NCBI RefSeq assembly: GCF_002105155.1
Contig: NW_019029018.1
Span: 310,001-374,000 of the forward strand
Source: Lobosporangium transversale
Taxonomy: Eukaryota
Direction of reading: 5' to 3'
DNA length: 64,000 nucleotides
The first letter of the stretch is position 1, and each line of letters begins with the position of its first letter. The notes under the pieces are model-generated. The model did no database searches, was not told the origin of the DNA, and saw only the letters and a program-made list of their open reading frames with translations. Made by a program: the position numbers and the translations under genes. This document shows, in pieces, positions 37,327 to 46,669 of this stretch.

Positions 37327-39343
37327 GAGGCAGGATTCACTTATTCCAGCAAGCATGGGCGATGATCACAGACGAGCAATGGGTCCGGGACATAATAGCC
37401 AAAGGATTCAGGATCCCATTCAAGTCGCCACCTCCACTCTCATCCAGCCCAAGCAAGTCCCACAAGCTATCAGTGAAGGAAACAGAGTCCATAGAGAAAG
37501 AGATAGTGAGTCTTTTGGCCAAAAAAGCAATAGAAACAGTATCTTCCCCTACAGGCTTTTACAGTCGGATATTTACCATCCCCAAAAAGACAGGCGATCT
37601 TCGTCCTGTATTGAATCTCAAACCATTGAACCAATATATACCGGACAGACATTTCAAGATGGAAAGTATCAAAAATGTCTGCTCCATGATGAACAAAAAC
37701 GATTTTATGACGAGCATAGATCTATCAGACGCATTCATGCATGTTCTGGTACATCCTTCGTCGAGGAAATATCTTCAGTTCGAATGGCAGGGACACCATT
37801 ACCAGTTCCGAGTCCTTCCATTCGGGCTCTCTCTGTCCCCCCTTATATTTACGAAGATGTTGCGCCCTGTCCTCAGGTGGGCAAGACGCCAGGGAATCCG
37901 AATGGCGGCTTACATAGACGATCTTCTAATTATAGCTCCCAGCAGAGAACGAGCCATACAATACACCCAGCGCGTCCTATCAAAGCTTCAATCATTAGGC
38001 TTCTTAGTGAAAGAAGAAAAGTCAACGCTAGAACCAACGCAAGTCATAGAGCATCTGGGCTTTACCATCAACAGCAGAAACATGACACTCTCGATCCCTC
38101 AACACAAAATCAGAGACATTCGCAGGGAAGCGCGCAAAATAAGGAACAATGGCGTTTGCAGCTTAAGAAGTTTATCCGCCTTCATCGGGAAAGCAATGGC
38201 AATGACAGCAGCCGTATTTCCAGCTCGACTGATGTGCCAGCGCCTTCTCCAGATAAAGAACGACGCCCTTCGACAAGGCCACAAATGGACCGACACGATC
38301 ACAGTGACAGAGTCGGCAAAGGACAACCTCACATGGTGGATAGACAACCTCCAGCATTGGAACGGACAAACATGGCTCACGGAGAGGACAGAAGTCGACG
38401 TTTACACAGATGCCTCGGACACAGGGTGGGGTATCGTCGTAGACGATTCGACCTATGCAGGGCGATGGACAGCCTCACAGTCTCACGAGCACATCAACGT
38501 CAAAGAACTGCGGACAGTTCTATTTGCGACAAAGCTTCCCCAACTGCAGGGCAAGACAGTGAACATAATTTGCGACAACATGACCACACTGGCACACATC
38601 CAACGGTTCGGAGGGACTCGCTCAGCTCCATTGATGGAAATAGCGGACACCATTTGGAAGCATTGCCTAGCAACAGGGACACGACTCAAGACAACATATG
38701 TCCCATCATCATTCAACCCAGCGGATGCACCATCACGCAGGATGCAATCGCAGTTGGAATGGAGCATTCATCAGGACTTCTTCGATTATCTACAGAAGAT
38801 CTGGGGCCCGCATCAGACGGATCTGTTTGCATCATCAATCAACAACAAAACAGAGAGGTTCATGTCATGGAAGCCAGACCCCTTAGCGATCAACTTCGAT
38901 GCACTACGGCACCCATGGAGCAATCTGGGGAATTTGTACATCTGCGCGCCATGGAACCTGATCCCTCAGGCCCTTCAGAAGCTGAGGCTAGAGAAGCTAC
39001 AAGCGACGATCGTAGCTCCGAACTGGCCCAGCGCCCTATGGTATCCAACTCTTCAAGCGATGGCGACTTGTGCCCCCAGAGAGATCCCACGCAAGTATGT
39101 CCTCCCAGCTCCAGGACAAGATCAAAACGTTCTAGCAAAGAATCCGCACTGGACACTGCAAGCATGGCGCGTAAACGGCGCTATTACACAGACCTAGGTT
39201 TAGACAGCGAAGCAGCGGAGACTATACTAGATAACCTCAGACACAGCGACGGCACAAAAAATACGCCCCAGCGCAACAAGTGTTCATCGATTGGGCCAGG
39301 CAAAATGACAGGGATCCATTCACCCCCAATCCGATCCTTTTAG
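36461..39343 (+). CDS. 960-codon overlapping ORF; probable N-terminal extension of the YR ORF
   Basis: Stop-free frame overlapping gag and the whole RT ORF. Ends in GLDSEAAETILDN, which resembles DIRS YR N-termini, one frame off the YR ORF. Confidence 0.6.
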   Translation: MILILKTTMTATSIVPLTSMTSWFLNPRHITLFQTKPFSNFSQILTEKISLSLIQRKKISMRTFGTHYKQPSALTPKTSFRSILHHLLPTYHGPTVPSYGSSSTLIWRPFNPSWLSIRAPWTSMSWMPCKTTVAPTSPRYQPLREFPISSSISSRLAITSTTSECRTLRELMVYSCLPGKAMPRHRLWTPNPFWRKRSFCYPSNETCIPTAQDAVRTGTGMIETIISLEIALRAAILIKVRAISRRASLIATTTSVAVTGIFTMPEATPTGVANGVAAEGINKRPTTSRRQDSLIPASMGDDHRRAMGPGHNSQRIQDPIQVATSTLIQPKQVPQAISEGNRVHRERDSESFGQKSNRNSIFPYRLLQSDIYHPQKDRRSSSCIESQTIEPIYTGQTFQDGKYQKCLLHDEQKRFYDEHRSIRRIHACSGTSFVEEISSVRMAGTPLPVPSPSIRALSVPPYIYEDVAPCPQVGKTPGNPNGGLHRRSSNYSSQQRTSHTIHPARPIKASIIRLLSERRKVNARTNASHRASGLYHQQQKHDTLDPSTQNQRHSQGSAQNKEQWRLQLKKFIRLHRESNGNDSSRISSSTDVPAPSPDKERRPSTRPQMDRHDHSDRVGKGQPHMVDRQPPALERTNMAHGEDRSRRLHRCLGHRVGYRRRRFDLCRAMDSLTVSRAHQRQRTADSSICDKASPTAGQDSEHNLRQHDHTGTHPTVRRDSLSSIDGNSGHHLEALPSNRDTTQDNICPIIIQPSGCTITQDAIAVGMEHSSGLLRLSTEDLGPASDGSVCIINQQQNREVHVMEARPLSDQLRCTTAPMEQSGEFVHLRAMEPDPSGPSEAEAREATSDDRSSELAQRPMVSNSSSDGDLCPQRDPTQVCPPSSRTRSKRSSKESALDTASMARKRRYYTDLGLDSEAAETILDNLRHSDGTKNTPQRNKCSSIGPGKMTGIHSPPIRSF
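37320..39197 (+). CDS. DIRS reverse transcriptase-RNase H-methyltransferase-like polyprotein
   Basis: PVGGRI..W at 37320 (first ATG 37362), IDLSDAF, LPFGL, YIDD. RNase H TDASDTGWG, HINVKEL, DN, NPAD. MT-like DLFAS and ICAPWNLI. Confidence 0.95.
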   Translation, partial: PVGGRIHLFQQAWAMITDEQWVRDIIAKGFRIPFKSPPPLSSSPSKSHKLSVKETESIEKEIVSLLAKKAIETVSSPTGFYSRIFTIPKKTGDLRPVLNLKPLNQYIPDRHFKMESIKNVCSMMNKNDFMTSIDLSDAFMHVLVHPSSRKYLQFEWQGHHYQFRVLPFGLSLSPLIFTKMLRPVLRWARRQGIRMAAYIDDLLIIAPSRERAIQYTQRVLSKLQSLGFLVKEEKSTLEPTQVIEHLGFTINSRNMTLSIPQHKIRDIRREARKIRNNGVCSLRSLSAFIGKAMAMTAAVFPARLMCQRLLQIKNDALRQGHKWTDTITVTESAKDNLTWWIDNLQHWNGQTWLTERTEVDVYTDASDTGWGIVVDDSTYAGRWTASQSHEHINVKELRTVLFATKLPQLQGKTVNIICDNMTTLAHIQRFGGTRSAPLMEIADTIWKHCLATGTRLKTTYVPSSFNPADAPSRRMQSQLEWSIHQDFFDYLQKIWGPHQTDLFASSINNKTERFMSWKPDPLAINFDALRHPWSNLGNLYICAPWNLIPQALQKLRLEKLQATIVAPNWPSALWYPTLQAMATCAPREIPRKYVLPAPGQDQNVLAKNPHWTLQAWRVNGAITQT

Positions 39344-40173
39344 TTAACTATCTCAATCATCAGATGCGCAACCGTCCATGGTCTCCCGCCACCACTCTGC
39401 AGAAACGCTCAGCCATTTTAGCTCTATTTCCAGACAAATCAGCGTTTGACAAGAGCCATGTATATAAGGACTTCATTACAGCCATCAAGGCCAAACACAT
39501 TCGACCTAGCAACGCATTGAGCATCAATCTCAACCCAGCTCTTGATTATATTCGATCCCTTCCTTCTAACGAGGAAATGTCATTCCTTCAGCTCACGAGA
39601 AAGCTTTGTTGGCTTCTAGGCGTTTGTGGGTTCCTTCGTCCAGACGACATTCGATGTATAGACCTGACCAAGACTACATGGACCACAAGCCAACTCATGC
39701 TCTTCATTCCTATTCCCAAAGAGAAACGACTTGGGAACCGCATCGAGAAGACAGTTTGTATTCGTTCCAACAGTGATCCGAAACTGTGCCCTGTGAATAC
39801 ATTTGCTGCGTATTTGCAAAGATTAACAGATCATCCACTGGAGGTACCACATCCGAAGGATGACAGTCTGACAATTCAACCTCTCATCCGACATTCCAAA
39901 TATTTGAATCGAGCAGTATCAGCAGAAACCATTTCCAATCACATGGACTCGATCTCAACTAAGATCCCAGAAGTGGAAAAGGCTTCCCGACGTATCAAGC
40001 CACGCGCACTCGGCTCTACAGCTGCAGCTACAGCAGGGGTATCGATTGACGACATCATCGCTCATGGTAATTGGTCTTCTCCGGAAACTTTCCAATATTT
40101 CTACCGCATGGCTAGTCAGACAAGAACGAATTTTACTGAGATCCTGGGACAAAACTCTGGATGCACATTATAG
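39280..40173 (+). CDS. DIRS tyrosine recombinase
   Basis: GFLRPDD (R), PKEKR (K), LCPV, IKPRALGST, HGNWSS, FQYFYR (Y). Confidence 0.92.
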   Translation: MFIDWARQNDRDPFTPNPILLVNYLNHQMRNRPWSPATTLQKRSAILALFPDKSAFDKSHVYKDFITAIKAKHIRPSNALSINLNPALDYIRSLPSNEEMSFLQLTRKLCWLLGVCGFLRPDDIRCIDLTKTTWTTSQLMLFIPIPKEKRLGNRIEKTVCIRSNSDPKLCPVNTFAAYLQRLTDHPLEVPHPKDDSLTIQPLIRHSKYLNRAVSAETISNHMDSISTKIPEVEKASRRIKPRALGSTAAATAGVSIDDIIAHGNWSSPETFQYFYRMASQTRTNFTEILGQNSGCTL

Positions 40174-40259
40174 GTCGGCTCCCGCCGTGATAATTACACA
40201 GCGTTCTCGAATAATATGAAGAGAAAAGCATATTATCCGAGGGAGCCGACCTATAATGT
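40164..40259 (+). repeat. DIRS internal complementary region (ICR)
   Basis: 40164-40194 is complementary to 36248-36278 (1 mismatch), and 40192-40259 is complementary to 40428-40495. Confidence 0.95.
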
Positions 40260-40520
40260 CCCACCCTCCTCTCCCTAAGCTAGTCTGGTCCGGAGCTCAA
40301 GTCGAAGATGCTGATCAATCTTTGTGGCACCATAGTTTTGTAGCAAAAAAAAAAAAAAAAAAAAAAATTGTTTATTTTTATTTAGTGACTATGGATTTTC
40401 GGCGAATTAATAAAGAAAAGAAGTGACACATTATAGGTCGGCTCCCTCGGATAATATGCTTTTCTCTTCATATTATTCGAGAACGCTGTGTAATTTACCC
40501 TCGTTGGGGTTTTTTATATT

Positions 40521-41072
40521 TTAGGTATTAAATATTAAAGTCTTTTTTTTATTGACATTTTGCTGTTCTTCAAACAAAAGAGTTTCAGCATCGGCTCGCT
40601 TTGTCATTATATTACATAAAGCGGCATGGAAACGGGCCGAAGCAAATTCATCCCATAGACCACGAGGTTGAGGAATGTTGCAATGGTAAAGGAGCATCGA
40701 GAAAAGATGACGCAGTCTTTTAGGGAATTGAAACCGGCATGCTTCTCGAAGGCAGTCTCGCCATTCGCTGTCGTCTTGCATATAACCAAGCGCCACAGCA
40801 GCTTCCCTAAAGGTGCCAAAGAGCCTATCATCCACTTTGCGGAGACACTCAAAGCTTTTTGCTCCCTTTTTGTGCAAACGCAAGATTCTGAGAGAGAAAA
40901 GCTCACGGTCTTTAGGATGAACAACATACATTCGGGTTACCGTCTTGTCCTGCCTGTCATGCGTTCTTGGTATCCACATTGGTGCCTGACCTTTTTTAGC
41001 CTCCCATCTGTAATGCAGAGAGTGCTTATCTCCCTGCCACATATTTCTCCAGTGATGCAAATGCCCTCTCAA
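40521..41072 (-). pseudogene. Helitron RepHel inter-domain fragment
   Basis: RMYVVHPKDRELFSLRILR..GAKSFECLRKV..TFREAAVALG..DDSEW..CLREA..LRHLF..HC..P..LW. Confidence 0.85.
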
Positions 41073-41694
41073 CCTCGTACGGATTCAAGTCGCCAAGTCT
41101 TTCCCATTCTTGTTCCCAGTCTTGTTCATACGGATCTTCTTGCCGAGCCTTTTGGTCTTCCTTAGGGGCAAAAGGAAAGGTTTCGTTTTTCTCTGTCTTG
41201 ATTTTTTTTTATAGTGGTGGATGAGGAACTCGCTTCACCTCCTTGCTTTCTTCTGCCTCTTGCTAGGATGGCTGGAGATGAAGAAGATGAGGCTTGAGTC
41301 TCCTTCAAAGCTTGACTTCTTGTCGAATGAGTCGAATAAACTTTTGTTACGGAGTGGTTCTCCATGTAAAAATGTAAAAAGTATGAGATATATGATTCGA
41401 GTGAAAGTGTAAATTATTTATGAGAGATGGAGAGTCAGCCTCTAAGGCAATATCGGAGTCAACGTCGGGGTCATCGTTAGAATTAACGTTCGAGACGACT
41501 CTCGAACCATGCGCCCGTTTGTTAGCCCTAGAAGGCGTGAAGAGCACTGCTAGGAGGAGTGGACACGTGAGAAACGGTCCTGCCATTGCACTTGAATCCC
41601 TCACAGCTCCGGCAAACCTCGCATTATGACTCTGTAATGTTTGAAGTAAAAAAATTCGGTTTTAAGGCAAGGAGATTGGATCGAAACATCAACA

Positions 41695-43646
41695 TTATCG
41701 CTTTAATCTTACCGTGAAAGCGAGGGGGATATGAAGTGAGTTCGACGTAAGCCACCTCTTCAACCCCTGTACGTCATTTGGAAGCCATGCACACTCTCTG
41801 AGAACCTTCCTCGCCCCATGCACATCTTTGTAGTGACGCAATGCATAGAAGTCAAGCGTAAGTGCACGACCCTCCGCTATGGCTGGGAATTTGGTGGTGG
41901 CATCTGTTACGTACCGAGGCTTGGGAGTGCACCTCAGGTGCACTTCCATTTTTATTCATAAGGTCAGAATATTATGTGACGGCCATAGAGAGTCCTTAAT
42001 AAAAGGCTCTCGTTTGACAACAATAATAAAAACAACTTTGATCTCCTTGACTCATCAGACGCGAAATTATCTCAGCATCAGGTCCATTTTTCTGCAGAGC
42101 GCGCAGCACAGCGGTGTTCAAACGGATGGACTTCTTAAATTGAGGAATACACTCCTTCTCAGATACATTCTCAGATTTGAACTCAAAGATAGCAATCTCC
42201 GTATTACAATTGTAATTTGCGCTCAAACGAAGCGACAAGTCCACCTTTCGGCCTCCGATGTACCTCGAGGTCGCCCCTTAGTCCTTTTCGATTACTTGCC
42301 TTGCATGCTTACTTGCTGGAGATGTAAGCTCTCCTCTTTTTTGAGTATAAAATGTTGGTATTGATGGTTAGGTACAACAGTGGAATAATCAGCAGAATGA
42401 ACGAACAAGTGCAAATAAGACTTACGGGATCACTCTAAGGAATTTGCTGTCCATCAGGGTGTTCAGAATGAGCGCCCACAATGATACATACACATGCTCA
42501 GTGGTTGGTGGTGCGAGTTGGTTGATGCAAAGGTGGATAACGACCAACAGGATCTTTTCTCTCCTCACCCTAAACTCTTCTGGTGCCTCATCCAAGGTAG
42601 CCAGCTGAAAAAAATATCCACTTCTTAAGTTTCTTCAAGTTTGGTGGCGTAGTAAAAGAGGCGCTACTGTCCATTGGGCAAAGGGCATGAAGCATCTCAC
42701 CCATAAGATTTTTTACAGGCTCTTCTATTGTCCTGAAACTTGGTAGCTCTGACTGTTCCTGGACTTCCGCGCTAAACAACAGGCCATTGCTCGCGCCTTC
42801 CGAGACCGTGTTAATGATCCCAGAAAGAAGCACCCTAATGGTTGAGTGAGTTGAATGGTCCATCATATTATTTTGCAGCTGCTATCAAGCTAGTTGGTTC
42901 ATAGTTTATACATTATTTTTACATACAAGCGGGAAGAAGCTTGCTTACAATACGTCCTTGCTCAGTAAAAATGATTTTCTGTCAGCCTTGTTGTCGTCCA
43001 AAAGCATCTGCTAAGCACGCTCGAATATTTCTCTATGGTTAGAGGAGATTTTAGGCGGAGCCTTTGGCATATCAGCCGACTGGCCGCGGACCTAAAGGAT
43101 GGAATGGAAATTAGGCCGTAGCACTACATGAAGAGGGTTCACCTTCTAAGACCTTTTGTATACTCACCCTCTTGTAGATGTACTCAATGAGAGGACGGAA
43201 CGGATTCTCTTCCGAGTCATCCAGCATCGCCTCCAACTCATCAATGGCTTCTAGGTCTTTCAAGAAGAAAAAAGAAAAAAGAAAAAGAGAGAGAGGCATC
43301 AGTTATAGCGAAGTGCAACTAATGTTGAATGAAGCAATTAATTAATTAATTATTTCCGCCCTCGTTCTCATCTAAAGTTCCTCGGCCATACTTCTGGATC
43401 ACATATTCCTGACTTGATGGTTGCCGCCAGGGCTCCTATTCGATTATCGAATAGGAACCCTGGTTGCCGCGTGCCATTGCCAGATCTCTTGGCAGATTTT
43501 TTTTTATTCACCTTTGACTGGATACTCATCCAATATCCTTCTTCATTCTTTTCTTTGAACTTTTCGAATGTAGCCTTAAGTTGCTCCTGTCTGGTTTTTT
43601 CAATTGATGGAGAACTGATAAGAGTAAGGAACGCTTGGTTCGCCAA
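41695..43646 (-). pseudogene. Multi-exon hypothetical gene with PD-(D/E)xK nuclease-like C-terminal part; integrity uncertain
   Basis: Colinear minus-strand ORFs. KVDLSLRL...EIAIFEFKS...QFKKSIRLN motif at 41996-42250. Confidence 0.5.
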
Positions 43647-44310
43647 CGCTTGCTAAGAAAACTTGAAGTGCTTAGAAAACTTGGGCAGAGATACGTGTTC
43701 TTTATCTTTCTAGGAGCATCAATACTTGAGTGTTTGGTAGGTCTTCCAGCATTCATGATGATTGTCTAATGATCTTTTTCTGTCAATGCCTTTGAAAGGT
43801 CCTCTCTTTTGAGTCTGACCGTTGCGAATGTCACGTGACATATCAGTCGTTCTCTTCTCTTGAAATTTTTGGTCTTTTTGCTGAGTTGTCGAGCCGTTCA
43901 CTTCCAGCTCCAGATAGGGAAAACACTTCTTGAACACAAACACAAATAAAGAATGGCTCGACACAAAAGACTGAACGAGAACAGTCAATACTTCAATGAT
44001 TCTTGTGCAAAAAAAAGGAACAAAGAACTAGTTTGCTGCTTGCTGCTTGCTGCTCATGAAATAGGTGGCGAACCCTCCCAGGTGACTAAAATAAACCTTA
44101 CAACATCAATCTACCATATTCTTGGTCATCATGTTATAAGGAATCGGAACTTTCTTATTAACCAGAGGATCTGGAGGGGCTTTTTATTATTATTATTATG
44201 TATTATTATTTAAAGCATGGGGATAGTCAATCGCCACAAGGATGTTTAGGGGGAAAAAAAGAAGAAAAAAAAAGAAAAAAAGAAAAATGGTTTGTTTTTT
44301 GTTTGTTAAT

Positions 44311-45602
44311 CTACTCGAGTTCTATACGGGAAGAAGTGGTCTGTAATGTTTTCCTGGACGATACGCCCTGTCTAGGCATCAAATGTGGCCTGAGTCCCTT
44401 TCCAAAGTTGCGATAACAGATCACGCCAATGATAATGGTCGATATAATCGTAATCAAGCATAGCGACGCTTTTTTTTTTTTTTTTTTTTTTTCAAGAAAG
44501 AAAAGGAGAGAAAGTTAGAAAGATGTATAAACAATGATAGCGGATTCTTTTTTTTTTTTTTTTTTTTTTTTAAGAAAGCAGGAAACCATGTGAAGATGTG
44601 AATTTGTTTCTTTTTTTTGTTTGTCCTGTTGTTGTTTGTTTGCTTCTTTTCTTATAATAGCATTAAGCATATTAAACTTACCAAAGAGTGTCAAAAAATT
44701 CCTTACACCGACTACGTTGATCACCTTGGGTCCTACATACATCCGAACAAACTTAAAGGCAAAATAAACAACGCCACAGAGCATGGCCATAAAGAATGTG
44801 GCCATCCAGAGACGACTCTCATGTCGGACTGCATAAATGGCGATATAAAGGATCACGAGTGTTAGGGGCAGCACAATGATGGTCAACCAATACTCTGGAT
44901 CGTCTCCTCGTTTAAAGAGTGTCAAATAAATGAATTGGATTGAGAAGCCAATAAAGAAGAAGAAGTCCACCTTGATCAACACCAGGTAGATTTGATACCA
45001 ACGATACATTCCTACATTTGAAAAGGGAAAGGGAAAGGAAAGGAAAAAGAAAAAAAAAAAAAAAAAAAGGAAAAAAAGTAAATAAGGATGGACTTGCATA
45101 ATGTGTATAACTGGTATCTATTTTTTTTTTTTTTCTTTTAAAGAAATAGTTTTTTATCTGCCCTTACGTCTTATAGTGGGATCAGCACCGATTTTCTTGT
45201 AGATGGTCCATCCAAACTCTTTAAAGAGTCGATAGGCAAGCCAGGTAATCAGGATCTGAGTCAGACCAATGACACAGATGGCGACGATCAAACCAGGATT
45301 AATTTTCGATTGTAATTCCATAGCTTTCTCTTCCGGGACGAAAAAGCCTTCCTTTGCAGCCATGTGAAGCGAATTCTTTGTTTGTGAGATTTCAAATATC
45401 GAGTAGGCGAAGCAACACAAATTGAAGATGACAATTCCAATTAATTCGATCGTATTTTGGGCTCGGACCTAAAATTCAAAGGCAATAAAAAAAAGGGGGA
45501 AAGTTGTCATTCGCATCTGTCAGTAAAGAAAGCAATTGTGGACCGTGTGTCAAAACTCTCCCCCTTTCTTTATCCTTATTCCCCTCAACTGTCTTTCTTT
45601 TC

Positions 45603-45639
<37 letters not shown>

Positions 45640-46669
45640 GCTCACGAGCCCATTTTCAGGAACAAAACGGGGTGCATGATTACAATTACATTGCAGACAC
45701 ACTGCCAAATCACAAACCACGCATGCATGGAACATCATCAAACAATGACAAACCAAAAACATTGCCTATCAATTGCCATCAACAAAAACTAAGAAAAATA
45801 TACAAATGTAAATGTAAATATAAAATACTTACAGCATCCCATGCAAAGACCAGTTGAAAAAGCTGAGCAAAGATAAAGACAATCATGTAGGCTGGGATAG
45901 AACGTGATTGATTCCTCCAATCCTGATAAGGAGGTACAGACACACCTGCGTTTGGTCCAGATTCTGCAGGAGGCAATGCTTTACTGACCAGACTTTGGAA
46001 ATATAAAACAGCAATGATGACTTGGATAATAATCACCAACAGAGCCTCAATTCCGATGATGGAGATCATTAGTTTACCAGAGAGAGTACAAGGGAAGAAG
46101 AACCATTTTTTGAGCCGAGCCTTTAAACCCAATGGTTCTTCTTTTTCCTCCTCCTCCTCCTCCTCGTCTTCTTCTTCCTCAGTATCATGTGTACCATTAG
46201 CTGAGGTTGCAGAGGTCATGGATGAGGATTGAGGTGGATAGGAGTAGGAAGGTGGTGGCTGTTGTCCGGGCTGTTGTTGATGTTGTTGATATGAGGGATG
46301 AGGAAAGGTGGGCGAATAGCTGCCGTTTGGATTAGACAGACGGTTCTGTGAGGATTGATAGGATGTTTGATTCAACTGCTGTATTGGTGCTTGAGTTAAT
46401 TGAGTTGTAGAATTAAAATTAATATTACTGTTGTTGTTGTTGTTGTTGTTGCTGTTGCTGTTCATCAAATAGTTTATATTACTGTTATTGATATTATGAC
46501 CATTGGTAATGAATGCGTTGGGATATCTATTAGCGTGGTTGTAAGTTAGAGAGGAAGGGTCATAAGGATGTTGTGGGCTGTTGTTGCTGATGATGTTGAT
46601 GTTGTTGGTATGTCTTTGTGGGTGTTCAGCCTGGTTATGGCTCTGAGATGGTCGTAGGTTATTCGCCAT
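44311..46669 (-). CDS. Conserved fungal multi-pass membrane protein (UPF0658-like); exons 46669-45833, 45468-45168, 45011-44682, 44468-44311
   Basis: SIPAYMIVFIFAQLFQLVFAWDAV-RAQNTIELIG, LFKEFGWTIYKKIGAD, YQIYLVLIKVDFFFFIGFSIQ, AVRHE, CYRNFGKGLRPHL. Three GT..AG introns; N/Q-rich N-terminus. Confidence 0.88.

Larger units (their letters stand above)
36248..40495 (+). mobile_element. Complete DIRS1-type tyrosine-recombinase retrotransposon
   Basis: ITRs 36259-36402 and 40304-40446, right extension to 40495, ICR 40164-40259, ATT at both ends. Encodes gag, RT-RNaseH-MT and YR ORFs. Confidence 0.97.
36184..41072 (-). mobile_element. Helitron (3' end and RepHel fragment), interrupted by DIRS; 5' end not located
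   Basis: Minus-strand 3' end GCGACCGTGAGCGAAGCCACGGGTCGC hairpin followed by CCGTCTAG|T. RepHel fragment at 40521-41072. Confidence 0.85.

Noticed and set aside
37060..40152. Antisense ORFs within DIRS (also those within the NLR and hAT genes)
   Set aside because: Shadow ORFs of long coding regions with no motifs.
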